A stretch of DNA of 64,000 nt from an uncultured Spirochaetota bacterium (GTDB lineage Bacteria > Spirochaetota > Spirochaetia > SZUA-6 > Fen-1364). The position numbers and the translations under genes are program-made. The notes beneath the pieces are model-generated. The model made no database searches. It saw nothing but the letters and a program-made list of their open reading frames with translations, and was not told the DNA's origin. Location: assembly GCA_963734545.1 (NCBI GenBank), contig CAVTHO010000005.1:224001-288000 (forward strand), written 5' to 3'. Each line of letters starts with the position of its first letter. The stretch's first letter is position 1. Below, in pieces: positions 1-7,977 of the stretch.

Positions 1-309
1 GAAATCACTGTTCTTCAGACCCGCGTAGATGCTCCCGTCACCGCCGAGCGCGAGGCAATCCCACGGGAGCCACCCGAGATCGCACTTCCACTGGAGAATT
101 CCGGCGGGGTCCCACGCGTAGAGGAAGCCGTCCTCCGAGGCCGCGTAGATTGTCCCCTGCGCCGCCACCGCGGGCCTGCTGCGGATCTGCCCACCCGTCG
201 CATATCGCCACAGAATGCCGAGCGCCGGGGAATGAATCGCTTCAGGCTCTGGCAGGGCGGGTGCGCACAGTGAGACGGCGAGGACGAGAAGCGCGAGCCT
301 CAGTTTCAT
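1..309 (-). CDS. PQQ-type/BamB-like beta-propeller repeat protein, secreted (partial, runs off window start)
   Basis: Not in the ORF track; translated by hand from ATG at 309: MKLRLALLVLAVSLCAPA (signal peptide)...ILWRYATGGQIRSRPAVAAQGTIYAASEDGFLYAWDPAGILQWKCDLG, a typical PQQ-like propeller blade. Confidence 0.8.
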   Translation of the reverse strand, partial: MKLRLALLVLAVSLCAPALPEPEAIHSPALGILWRYATGGQIRSRPAVAAQGTIYAASEDGFLYAWDPAGILQWKCDLGWLPWDCLALGGDGSIYAGLKNSDF

Positions 310-481
310 CCCAGATGAACCTACTACGCGGGGCCGGTTTCGCAAAGCTGTCGTTCGGCGGGAGCCGCCTCATTGGCCGTCGTGCGCTCCAATGTTCCTT
401 GCCTCGCTGTCCGGACAGGGTTATTTTTGTTGAAACGTATCTATTCAGAGCTGCTTCGACAGCAGCCGCAAGGAGGCAGAA

Positions 482-1063
482 ATGTTCATAGACTATTTGA
501 CCCTGATGCTGATCAATCTTGCCGCGGGTCTCTTCATCATGGCGGTGTTCGTATTCTGGTTCTTGAACGGGGACCGCAAGAAGGTGGCGCCGGGCCTGCT
601 GGTGAGCGGATTCGTCGCGCTCGTCACGGGGCTGCACGAGATATTCACCTGGCCGATCGTCAGCAGCTACAACATCCCCTTCGGCGAGATGTCGGTGTTC
701 TTCGGAGTTCTCTTCTTTGCCACGGGGATCGCGATCCTGAGGGACTGGGATCTTCTCAGCCTCGGAGTATATGCGGTGTTTGCCGGTGCCGCGTCCATTG
801 TCCTGGGCATCAGGATCTTTTCCCTCAAGATGACGAGCGAGCCGCTGGTGTCAATGGCGGGCTTCGTCCTTACCGGCCTCCTTGCCATGCTCGCGCTGCC
901 GGCGTATGTGCTGCGCAAGAACCTTGTCGTGCGCATCCTCGCCTCTCTGGGCCTCGTGGGCGCATCCGCCATCTGGGCCTTTCTCGGCTATCTCGCCTAC
1001 TGGGCGCACCTTGCGAACTTCTCCAAGTGGGTGCCCACTGTCATGCAGGCGGCACCGAAATAG
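482..1063 (+). CDS. DUF981-like integral membrane protein
   Basis: 193 aa, about 6 hydrophobic segments, MFIDYLTLML start and TWP..SYNI.FGE motif; AGGAGG RBS upstream. Confidence 0.75.
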   Translation: MFIDYLTLMLINLAAGLFIMAVFVFWFLNGDRKKVAPGLLVSGFVALVTGLHEIFTWPIVSSYNIPFGEMSVFFGVLFFATGIAILRDWDLLSLGVYAVFAGAASIVLGIRIFSLKMTSEPLVSMAGFVLTGLLAMLALPAYVLRKNLVVRILASLGLVGASAIWAFLGYLAYWAHLANFSKWVPTVMQAAPK

Positions 1064-1069
1064 AGCTTC

Positions 1070-1120
1070 GCCCGGTCCTGCCCCACGCGTGCGCTTGACG
1101 GGGCAGGGCCGGGTCTGTTT
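1070..1120 (+). terminator. GC-rich hairpin, possible intrinsic terminator
   Basis: GCCCGGTCCTGCCCC...GGGGCAGGGCCGGGT just after the stop codon, followed by a pyrimidine-rich tract. Confidence 0.45.
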
Positions 1121-1131
1121 CCCTCTCTTCA

Positions 1132-2118
1132 ATGACACGCATCCTGTTTCGACGGAGCGATGGCTCGCTCGACACCTCGCTGGGAATAGAAGAAATCCCC
1201 GCTGCGCTGGCTGAGCAGGGCGGTCTGCTCTGGGTGGATTTCCTCGACGAGCCTGACGCGTCCTGCGAGCGCATCCTCCGCGACATTTTCCATTTTCATC
1301 CGCTGGCCATCGATGACGCGCTCCGGGAAAGCCATGTGCCCAAGCTGGACGACTGGGACTCCTATCTCTACATCGTGCTCCACGCGCTCGCTTTCGACCC
1401 CGCGGCGGCGGAGCAGCTCTCCACGCGCGAGCTGGACATTTTCGCGGGCCCTCACTATCTCGTGACTCACCGGGAGGAGGACATCCCGCCCCTCGATCGG
1501 GTCTGGGACGCCTGCCCGCATGATGAAAGGATGATGGGAAGGGGGGCAGCGCGGCTCCTCTATCACCTCGTGGACGAGATCATCGCCGGTCATATGCCCG
1601 TGGTGGATGCAATCGACGAGGAGATGGAGCGCATCGAAGAGCTCATTCTCTCCGCCTCCGGACCCGGAACCCTCCCGCATGTCCTGCGCATCAAGAGGTC
1701 GCTCCTGCACCTCCGGCGGATCGTGGCCCCGCAGCGGGAGACGCTGAACAGGCTCGCGCGTGACGAGCTCGCCGTCATCGAGCCCGGCCAGCGCGTGTAC
1801 TTTCGCGACGTCTACGACCACCTCGTGCGCCTGTACGACATTGCGGAGGGGATTCGAGACCTGGCATCCGGCGCGCTGGACACGTACCTGTCGGTGATCA
1901 ACAACCGGATGAACGAAGTGATGAAGACGTTCACCCTGATCACCACGCTTTTCATGCCCATCTCTTTCATCACGGGCTTTTTCGGCATGAACTTCTTCAC
2001 CGCCTCCAATCCGCCTCCCGCCATGACAGGGAGGATCGCGCTCGGAGCGATCTGCGCCGCGGTCGTCCTCATCCCCTGCCTCATGTACCTGTGGCTGAGG
2101 CGGAGGCGATGGGTCTGA
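1132..2118 (+). CDS. corA: CorA family Mg2+/Co2+ transporter
   Basis: FHFHPLAIDD, YFRDVYDH, MNEVMK and GMNF signature before the C-terminal TM helix. Confidence 0.95.
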   Translation: MTRILFRRSDGSLDTSLGIEEIPAALAEQGGLLWVDFLDEPDASCERILRDIFHFHPLAIDDALRESHVPKLDDWDSYLYIVLHALAFDPAAAEQLSTRELDIFAGPHYLVTHREEDIPPLDRVWDACPHDERMMGRGAARLLYHLVDEIIAGHMPVVDAIDEEMERIEELILSASGPGTLPHVLRIKRSLLHLRRIVAPQRETLNRLARDELAVIEPGQRVYFRDVYDHLVRLYDIAEGIRDLASGALDTYLSVINNRMNEVMKTFTLITTLFMPISFITGFFGMNFFTASNPPPAMTGRIALGAICAAVVLIPCLMYLWLRRRRWV

Positions 2119-2130
2119 CAGGGGCCCGGT

Positions 2131-3108
2131 TCACACCGCTATCTGCCGGCACGATGGTCCGGGATACCCCATGTCGGGAGTGGTGAAAGCGGCACCCTGA
2201 CGGCCGCGGGCGTCCACCGCAATGATGCCGCCGCGGCCGCCGGTCCGCCTGTGAATGGACCGCAGCACCGCCTCCACCGCCTCTTGCGGGTGCTCGCCGC
2301 GTGCCGCCCGGTCCGAGACGGACTTCGCGGCGGCCGTGCGAATGAAGGCCTCTCCCCATCCCGTGCAGCAGACTGCCGCGCCCTCGTCATCCGCGTAGAT
2401 GCCGCAGCCCACCAGGGGAACGTCGCCCACCCGGCCCGCCCTCTTTCCCCGCGTGCCCCCGGTGCTGGCGCCGGCGCACACCGCGTACCCCGGCCCGGAT
2501 CCGTTTCGGACTCCGATCACGACGCCCACCGTCCCCCGGCTTTCGTGAGCCGCCTCACCGGTACCCGGGTTGACGCGGCCCTCCTCGTCGAAAAAGGTGC
2601 GGGCGTCGGGTCTGCCCGCGGCCACCCACGCCTGGAAGCCTTGGCGCTCGCGGGCGTTGACGAGGCTCGCCGGGTCCACCGGCGCGAATCCCGCCGACAG
2701 CGCAAACCGCTCGGCGCCCTCTGCGATGAGGAGCACGTGTTCGGTCCGTTCCATGACGGCAAGGGCGATCTCCGATGGATTGCCGAAACGGCCGACGGAG
2801 GCCACCGCCCCGGCTCTGAGGTTCTTCCCTTCCATCACCGCCGCGTCGAGCTCCACCTTGCCATCCTCGTTGAGGAAGCTCCCCGTGCCCGCGTCGAATG
2901 TGGGATCGTTTTCCAGAATCCTGAGCGCGGACACGACGACGTCCAGCGGACGCGCCCCCTTGTTCAGCGCCTCCATCGCGGCGCCGTACGCCCGGCGCAC
3001 CCCTTCGATGTGCGGTCCCTTGAGGTCTGCCGGTATGTTCCACGCGCCGCCGTGCACCTGTACGACGAATCGAGAGTCCGTTGATACGATGGACCAGTGG
3101 GAGAACAT
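2131..3108 (-). CDS. Isoaspartyl peptidase / plant-type L-asparaginase (Ntn hydrolase)
   Basis: VHGGAW, FDAGTGS, ELDAAVMEG, GTVG nucleophile site, STGG..GK..GRVGD..LVGCG; start taken at MFSHW. Confidence 0.9.
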   Translation of the reverse strand: MFSHWSIVSTDSRFVVQVHGGAWNIPADLKGPHIEGVRRAYGAAMEALNKGARPLDVVVSALRILENDPTFDAGTGSFLNEDGKVELDAAVMEGKNLRAGAVASVGRFGNPSEIALAVMERTEHVLLIAEGAERFALSAGFAPVDPASLVNARERQGFQAWVAAGRPDARTFFDEEGRVNPGTGEAAHESRGTVGVVIGVRNGSGPGYAVCAGASTGGTRGKRAGRVGDVPLVGCGIYADDEGAAVCCTGWGEAFIRTAAAKSVSDRAARGEHPQEAVEAVLRSIHRRTGGRGGIIAVDARGRQGAAFTTPDMGYPGPSCRQIAV

Positions 3109-3124
3109 CTCTCGCTCCTTTTCC

Positions 3125-3814
3125 TCAGCCTTGCAGGCCGCGCATGACTGCCTGAATGACACGCTCGTCGCCCGGCATCAGAAAGTGGAGAAGCACCGGT
3201 ATCTGCACCTCGCTCCCAAATGGAAGGCGTGAGCTCACGGCGGGCGAGATGACGATGTCCAGCGGCGACCAGATCGACGTGAAGGAGACCTGTGCAAGAC
3301 GATCGGCATCCCGATTGAGGTCCAGCAGGAACGGGCTGCCCGGCCGCATCTGCCGCACGCCCGGGAGCGGCTCCAGGTACGCGGTGCCGGTTCCGTGATG
3401 CGGCGTGGAGATCGTCACAAAATGCGCAATGCGCGCAAGCCCGCCCAGGCGCTGCGCATAGTAGCGCGCCACGAGCCCGCCCATGCTGAAGGCCACAATG
3501 TCCAGGGATCGGCGGGGGCCGAGCCTCGCGTCAATGAACCGCCGCAGGTCATCGGCCGACTGTTCGAGGGTGACCGAGCCGTCGTTCGGCTCCAATGCAA
3601 ATGCGAGCGCGCGCCACCCCGCCCTGTCGAGCCGCGCCGCCATTCGCTTGAACATCGAGGAGGTATCCCAGAGGCCGGGCACAAGCACGACAGACCGGGA
3701 CGTGCTGACCGCATCGGCCTGCGCGGGCTCGGCCTTTCCTCCGGCGCGCGTCCCGGCAACAGGCAGGAGAGCGGCGATCAGCAGGAATGCGGCTTTCCGG
3801 ACAGCACCGCTCAT
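3125..3814 (-). CDS. Secreted alpha/beta-hydrolase lipase/esterase (lipase class 2-like)
   Basis: Signal peptide, VVLVPGLW, AFSMGG nucleophile elbow, ISTPHHGT, SPLD and terminal His. Confidence 0.85.
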   Translation of the reverse strand: MSGAVRKAAFLLIAALLPVAGTRAGGKAEPAQADAVSTSRSVVLVPGLWDTSSMFKRMAARLDRAGWRALAFALEPNDGSVTLEQSADDLRRFIDARLGPRRSLDIVAFSMGGLVARYYAQRLGGLARIAHFVTISTPHHGTGTAYLEPLPGVRQMRPGSPFLLDLNRDADRLAQVSFTSIWSPLDIVISPAVSSRLPFGSEVQIPVLLHFLMPGDERVIQAVMRGLQG

Positions 3815-3815
3815 C

Positions 3816-5009
3816 CTATCGCTCGATGAACGCTTTCAGCCTGCCCAGACCTTCCCTTATCATTGGAATGTCGATGCCGGAATAGGCGAACCGGATGTAC
3901 ATCTCCTTCTCACCGGGAAGCGGACGTCCGAAATGAAGCCGCGTGCAGAATGACACGCCGGTCTCGCGAAGAACGGTCTGGCGAAAGCTGTTGTAATCGT
4001 GCAATCCGGTCTTCTTCATGGCACCGGTCACATTGGGAAAGAGATAAAAAGTCGCGTTCGGCTTGAAACAGCGGACCCCTTCGATGGAGTTCAGGATCTC
4101 CACCGCCACGTCCCGCCTTTCCCGGAATGTATCCAGGATCCTCTTCGGCCCCTGCTGGTCCCCCGCGAGCCCCGCAATGGCGCCGTACTGGATGAAATGG
4201 TTGGAACAGGATTCGTCGTTGACATTGAGCTTCGCAATGACGTCGATGACCTCCCGCGGCCCGATTGCCGCGCCGAGCCGCCATCCGGACATGGCGAACT
4301 TCTTGGAGAAGGTGTAGAGGATCACGCTGCGCTCCGCCATTCCCGGCAGAGACGCGAGAGAAAGGGACTCCCCCGAATAGCGCATGTCGAAGTACGCCTC
4401 GTCGCAGAGCACGTACAGGTCGTGCTTCAGCGCCAGGCGCGCGAGCTCGGCGCGCTCTTCCGGAGAGCACTCCGCCCCCATGGGATTCTGGGGGTCGTTC
4501 AGCACCAGGAGCCTCGTCCGAGGGGTGATCTGCCTCTTGATGCTGTCCATGTCCAGGCGGAAATTATCGCTCCCCTCCCGGTATCCGTATGGCACCGCCT
4601 TGCCGCCGTGGAACTCGATCTGGGATTCGTAGATCGGGTAGCCCGGATTGGGATACAGGACCTCGTCCCCCGGATTCATGAGCGCCTGAAAAAACTTGCC
4701 GATCACCGGCTTGCCGCCTGGCTGGATGGCCACGTTCTCCATGGTGTAGGGCACGCCGCGGGCCGCGCGCACATTTGCCGCAAGCGCTTCGCGAAGCTGC
4801 GGGATGCCGGCCGTAGGGCAGTAGCCGGTCTTCCCGTTCCTCATCGCCTCGATGGCGGCGCCCATCACGTCATCCGGGGTGGGGACATTCAGGTCACCGA
4901 GGTGAAAGGGATAAACCTTGTTGCCTTGCGCCGCAAAGGCTGCGGCCTCCGCGGAGACGGCGAAGGCCGTTTCGGATCCCAGGCGTGAAATGCGGTCAGC
5001 AATCCTCAT
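3816..5009 (-). CDS. PLP-dependent aminotransferase class I/II (AspAT-like)
   Basis: GIPQLREA, NDPQNPMG, CDEAY, FSKKFAMSGWRLG. Confidence 0.93.
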   Translation of the reverse strand: MRIADRISRLGSETAFAVSAEAAAFAAQGNKVYPFHLGDLNVPTPDDVMGAAIEAMRNGKTGYCPTAGIPQLREALAANVRAARGVPYTMENVAIQPGGKPVIGKFFQALMNPGDEVLYPNPGYPIYESQIEFHGGKAVPYGYREGSDNFRLDMDSIKRQITPRTRLLVLNDPQNPMGAECSPEERAELARLALKHDLYVLCDEAYFDMRYSGESLSLASLPGMAERSVILYTFSKKFAMSGWRLGAAIGPREVIDVIAKLNVNDESCSNHFIQYGAIAGLAGDQQGPKRILDTFRERRDVAVEILNSIEGVRCFKPNATFYLFPNVTGAMKKTGLHDYNSFRQTVLRETGVSFCTRLHFGRPLPGEKEMYIRFAYSGIDIPMIREGLGRLKAFIER

Positions 5010-5197
5010 CTCGGCGCCTCCTTGGGAACATCTGTCGATAGGAGAGCATCATACCACGGGTCGACGGGCGGAGTCAGACCAGGCTGATCCGTCAAACGTA
5101 GCGATGGACGAGGCCGACGGTCAACGAAAACCGCACGGTGCCTCCGCGGAGCCCCCTTGCTTGCGCAACAGTCAGTCGGACGATAATCTGGGAATGC

Positions 5198-5851
5198 GTG
5201 AAAACGTACGTCGTGCTTGCGGGGAACATCGGGGCAGGGAAATCGACGCTGGTCCGCATGATGTGCGATCGGCTGGGCTGGGAGCCTTATTACGAGCCGG
5301 TGGCGGAGAATCCCTACCTGGAGGACTTCTACCGTGACATGAATCGATGGGCCTTTCATTCGCAGGTCTTTTTCCTGACACATCGGGCACGGTCGCACCA
5401 TGCGCTGCTCGACTATCCTCGCCCGGTGGTCCAGGACCGCTCTTTCTACGAGGACGCGGAAGTGTTCGCGCGCGCCCAGCACAGGCGGGGCTCCCTGAGC
5501 GATCGTGACTGGGCCTCCTACCTCGAGCTCTACGGCATTCTCACGGCGCTTCTCGCCCCGCCGGACCTCGTGGTGTACCTCCGCGCATCCGTGCCCACGC
5601 TGCGGCGGCGGATCGCTCAGCGGGGACGCGGCATGGAGGCCGGGATCTCCGACGAGTATCTCGTGGAGCTGAATGCGCTCTACGAAGACTGGATCGCGGG
5701 TTTCGACCGCGCCCCCGTGCTCGTGGTGCCCGCGGATCGCCTGGACTTCGTCAGGGATTCGCAGGATCTGCACGCGATCATCACCACGGTTCAGAGCCGC
5801 CTCCTGGGCAGGCAGGGGACCCTGTTCCCCGAAGAGGGCGCTCCTCCCTGA
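5198..5851 (+). CDS. Deoxynucleoside kinase (dAK/dCK/dGK family)
   Basis: GNIGAGKST P-loop, EPV..NPYL..FY, QDRSFYED, PDLVVYL, RGR; GTG start at 5198. Confidence 0.92.
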   Translation: MKTYVVLAGNIGAGKSTLVRMMCDRLGWEPYYEPVAENPYLEDFYRDMNRWAFHSQVFFLTHRARSHHALLDYPRPVVQDRSFYEDAEVFARAQHRRGSLSDRDWASYLELYGILTALLAPPDLVVYLRASVPTLRRRIAQRGRGMEAGISDEYLVELNALYEDWIAGFDRAPVLVVPADRLDFVRDSQDLHAIITTVQSRLLGRQGTLFPEEGAPP

Positions 5852-6645
5852 TGAGCGCAACGATCATCGCGGCCGCCCGGGCGCTCGCGCGGCAGGCTGA
5901 CAGGCTTCGCTTCAAAGAGCCGGTCCGCTACGTCTACAATCCGCTCGTGTACGCACGGCACCCCCACGAGGAGTATCTGGAAAGATATGCAGCCTCTCGC
6001 AAGCGCCTGGTACTCCTGGGAATGAATCCGGGCCCCTGGGGCATGGCGCAGACCGGCGTGCCCTTCGGCGAGGTTGCGCTCGTTCGAGACTGGCTGGGTA
6101 TCTCCGGAATTGTGACCCGGCCGCGTCAGCAGCATGCACGGGTACCGGTTCAGGGATTTGCGTGCGCGCGCAGTGAAGTGAGCGGCATGCGGCTCTGGGG
6201 GCTGATGCAGGCGCACTACGGGAGCGCGGGGGCGTTCTCGACAGACGCTTTCGTGTCCAACTACTGCCCTCTCCTGTTCCTCGACGCTGCCGGCAGGAAT
6301 ATCACCCCGGACAGGATTCACCGGGACGATCGTGAGCCGCTCTATTCCCTGTGCGACAGGTTCCTGGCCATAGTAGTCGACGCGCTGCGCCCTGAATGGC
6401 TCGTGGGCGTAGGAGCATTTGCCGCGCGCCGCGCTCGAGCCGCCGCATCCTGCGGATTTGGCATCGCCGTACGGGGTATTCCCCGAACGGGTACTCCCGT
6501 ACCCGGCGCCGCCGGGCTGCCCGACGTGCCTGCGCGGGCCGTTCGGGTCACCTCCATCCTCCATCCCAGCCCGGCAAGCCCGCGCGCCAATCGGGATTGG
6601 GCGGCGCAGGTGGAGGAAGCGCTCACTGCCCAGGAGATCTGGTGA
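5851..6645 (+). CDS. SMUG1-family (family 3) uracil-DNA glycosylase, with repeat-derived insertion
   Basis: YVYNPLVYA, GMNPGPWGMAQTGVPFG, RSEVSG.RLWG, NYCPL, HPSPASP. Confidence 0.93.
   Translation: MSATIIAAARALARQADRLRFKEPVRYVYNPLVYARHPHEEYLERYAASRKRLVLLGMNPGPWGMAQTGVPFGEVALVRDWLGISGIVTRPRQQHARVPVQGFACARSEVSGMRLWGLMQAHYGSAGAFSTDAFVSNYCPLLFLDAAGRNITPDRIHRDDREPLYSLCDRFLAIVVDALRPEWLVGVGAFAARRARAAASCGFGIAVRGIPRTGTPVPGAAGLPDVPARAVRVTSILHPSPASPRANRDWAAQVEEALTAQEIW
6442..6510. repeat. Palindromic repeat, modules B+A, in frame inside SMUG1
   Basis: GCCGCATCCTGCGGATTTGG..GTACGGGGTATTCCCCGAACGGGTACTCCCGTACCC; matches copies at 19149, 37771 and 58039. Confidence 0.85.
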
Positions 6646-6693
6646 CGGCGTCGCGCTTAACAGCGCCACGGTTCCGTGGTACCCTGTGAGTGC

Positions 6694-7107
6694 ATGCTGA
6701 CCATTTCATCCAGAGGCGTGTACGGCCTGACCGCGGTGGTGGAGCTGGGGCGTCGCCACGGGCAGGGCACCGTGCAGATCAGGGACATCGCGAAGGCCCA
6801 CAACATCCCGCAGCACTACCTGGAGCAGATTCTGGTCACGCTGAAGAAAGCCCGACTGGTAAAGAGCCATCGCGGCTCACAGGGAGGCTACAGCCTGGCC
6901 AGAGGTCCCGCACAGATCAGGGTGCTCGAAGTCCTGGAGAGCGTCGAAGGAGAGCTTGAAGTCGTTCCCGTCCGAAAACGGGACGGTGTCCTGGCATTCT
7001 TCTGGAGCTCGCTCGATCAGGGGATTCGGGAAATCCTTGCCTTGAGTATTGAAGACCTGATCCTGGACATGCAGAAAGCCGACAGCCTGGTCAACTACTC
7101 CATTTGA
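6694..7107 (+). CDS. Rrf2 family transcriptional regulator (CymR/IscR-like, no Fe-S cysteine triad)
   Basis: ISSRGVYGL, IP.HYLEQIL..LKKA.LV.S.RG.QGGY.LA. Confidence 0.92.
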   Translation: MLTISSRGVYGLTAVVELGRRHGQGTVQIRDIAKAHNIPQHYLEQILVTLKKARLVKSHRGSQGGYSLARGPAQIRVLEVLESVEGELEVVPVRKRDGVLAFFWSSLDQGIREILALSIEDLILDMQKADSLVNYSI

Positions 7108-7142
7108 TACGGCGCCTCTCGCGCTCCCCCCCTGCCTATCCA

Positions 7143-7175
7143 ATACTTGACTATCTCACTTGAGAATGTTATTCT
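7143..7175 (+). promoter_or_regulatory. Sigma70-type promoter overlapped by an IscR type-1-like Rrf2 box
   Basis: TTGACT(7147)-17 nt-TATTCT(7170) with extended TG; 25-mer ATACTTGACTATCTCACTTGAGAAT. Confidence 0.6.
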
Positions 7176-7199
7176 GTCATTGACCTGCACGGAGGTGGC

Positions 7200-7679
7200 A
7201 TGACGGAAAAGAAAAAACTCTCCCTGATCTGTTTCAGTGGAGATTTCGACAAGAGCGTCGCGGCCTTCACCCTGGCAACAGGGGCCGCAGCGGTGAACTA
7301 CGAGGTGAACATGTTCTTCACCTTCTGGGGTCTGAACATCGTGAAGTCAGGCAGACGGCGCCGGCTCGTCGGCCGGGGTCCCCTTGCCCGGGTTTTCAAT
7401 TTCCTCGCCGGCGGATCCGGCAACCTGCCGATGAGCAGGCTCAACTTTATGGGCGCCAGCCCCGGTTTGATGTCGCGCATGATGAAAAAGCGGAATGTCG
7501 CGACGCTGGAGCAGCTCGTACAGGCGGCCAAGGACCTGCGGGTGGGGCTGTATGCCTGCGAAATGTCCATGAATATCCTGGGCATGAAACAGCCGGACTT
7601 CATCCCTGAAATAAAGGAAGTGATCGGCGTGCCGACATTCCTGAAGCTGTCGGAGGGCGGAGAAACCCTGTTCATATGA
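7200..7679 (+). CDS. DsrE2/DsrF/DrsH-like sulfur-handling protein
   Basis: FSGDFDK, MFFTFWGLN, LPMSRLNFMG, ACEMSM. Confidence 0.88.
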   Translation: MTEKKKLSLICFSGDFDKSVAAFTLATGAAAVNYEVNMFFTFWGLNIVKSGRRRRLVGRGPLARVFNFLAGGSGNLPMSRLNFMGASPGLMSRMMKKRNVATLEQLVQAAKDLRVGLYACEMSMNILGMKQPDFIPEIKEVIGVPTFLKLSEGGETLFI

Positions 7680-7906
7680 GCATGATAAAGCAATCCCTGG
7701 ACATCACGCAGGAGCACTGCCCGATGACATTTGTGAAGGCGAGGCTGGCACTGGAAAAACTGGCCGCGGGCGACCAGTTGGAGGTCTTCCTGAGCGAAGG
7801 CGAGCCGCTGCAGAGCGTGCCGCGCTCAGCGACCGAGCAGGGTTACAAGGTCCTGGAGGTTGCCCAGGTGGAGGGAACCCGCTACAGAGTCCTGTTCGAG
7901 AAGTAG
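7676..7906 (+). CDS. TusA/SirA family sulfur carrier
   Basis: LDIT.EHCPMTFVK, 76 aa, ATGA overlap with the dsrE-like gene. Confidence 0.88.
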   Translation: MSMIKQSLDITQEHCPMTFVKARLALEKLAAGDQLEVFLSEGEPLQSVPRSATEQGYKVLEVAQVEGTRYRVLFEK

Positions 7907-7915
7907 CAGACCGGC

Positions 7916-7977
7916 GATTCAGCGCGCCGCGGTATTCCTCGGATTCAGCGCGCCGCGGTATTCCGCGGATTCTGGCG
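7916..7977. repeat. Module B tandem (2 x 26 nt) forming the 3' end of the FGGY kinase ORF
   Basis: GATTCAGCGCGCCGCGGTATTCC(T/G)CG x2. Confidence 0.85.

Noticed and set aside
165-192. CCGCGG..GCGGATCTG resembling module B
   Set aside because: Encodes the normal QIRSRPAV propeller motif; coincidental
5098-5135. Possible degenerate family C copy (GTAGCGATGGACGAGGCCGACGG..CGAAAA) upstream of the deoxynucleoside kinase
   Set aside because: Similarity is short and the stems are not preserved; cannot be distinguished from chance without a model
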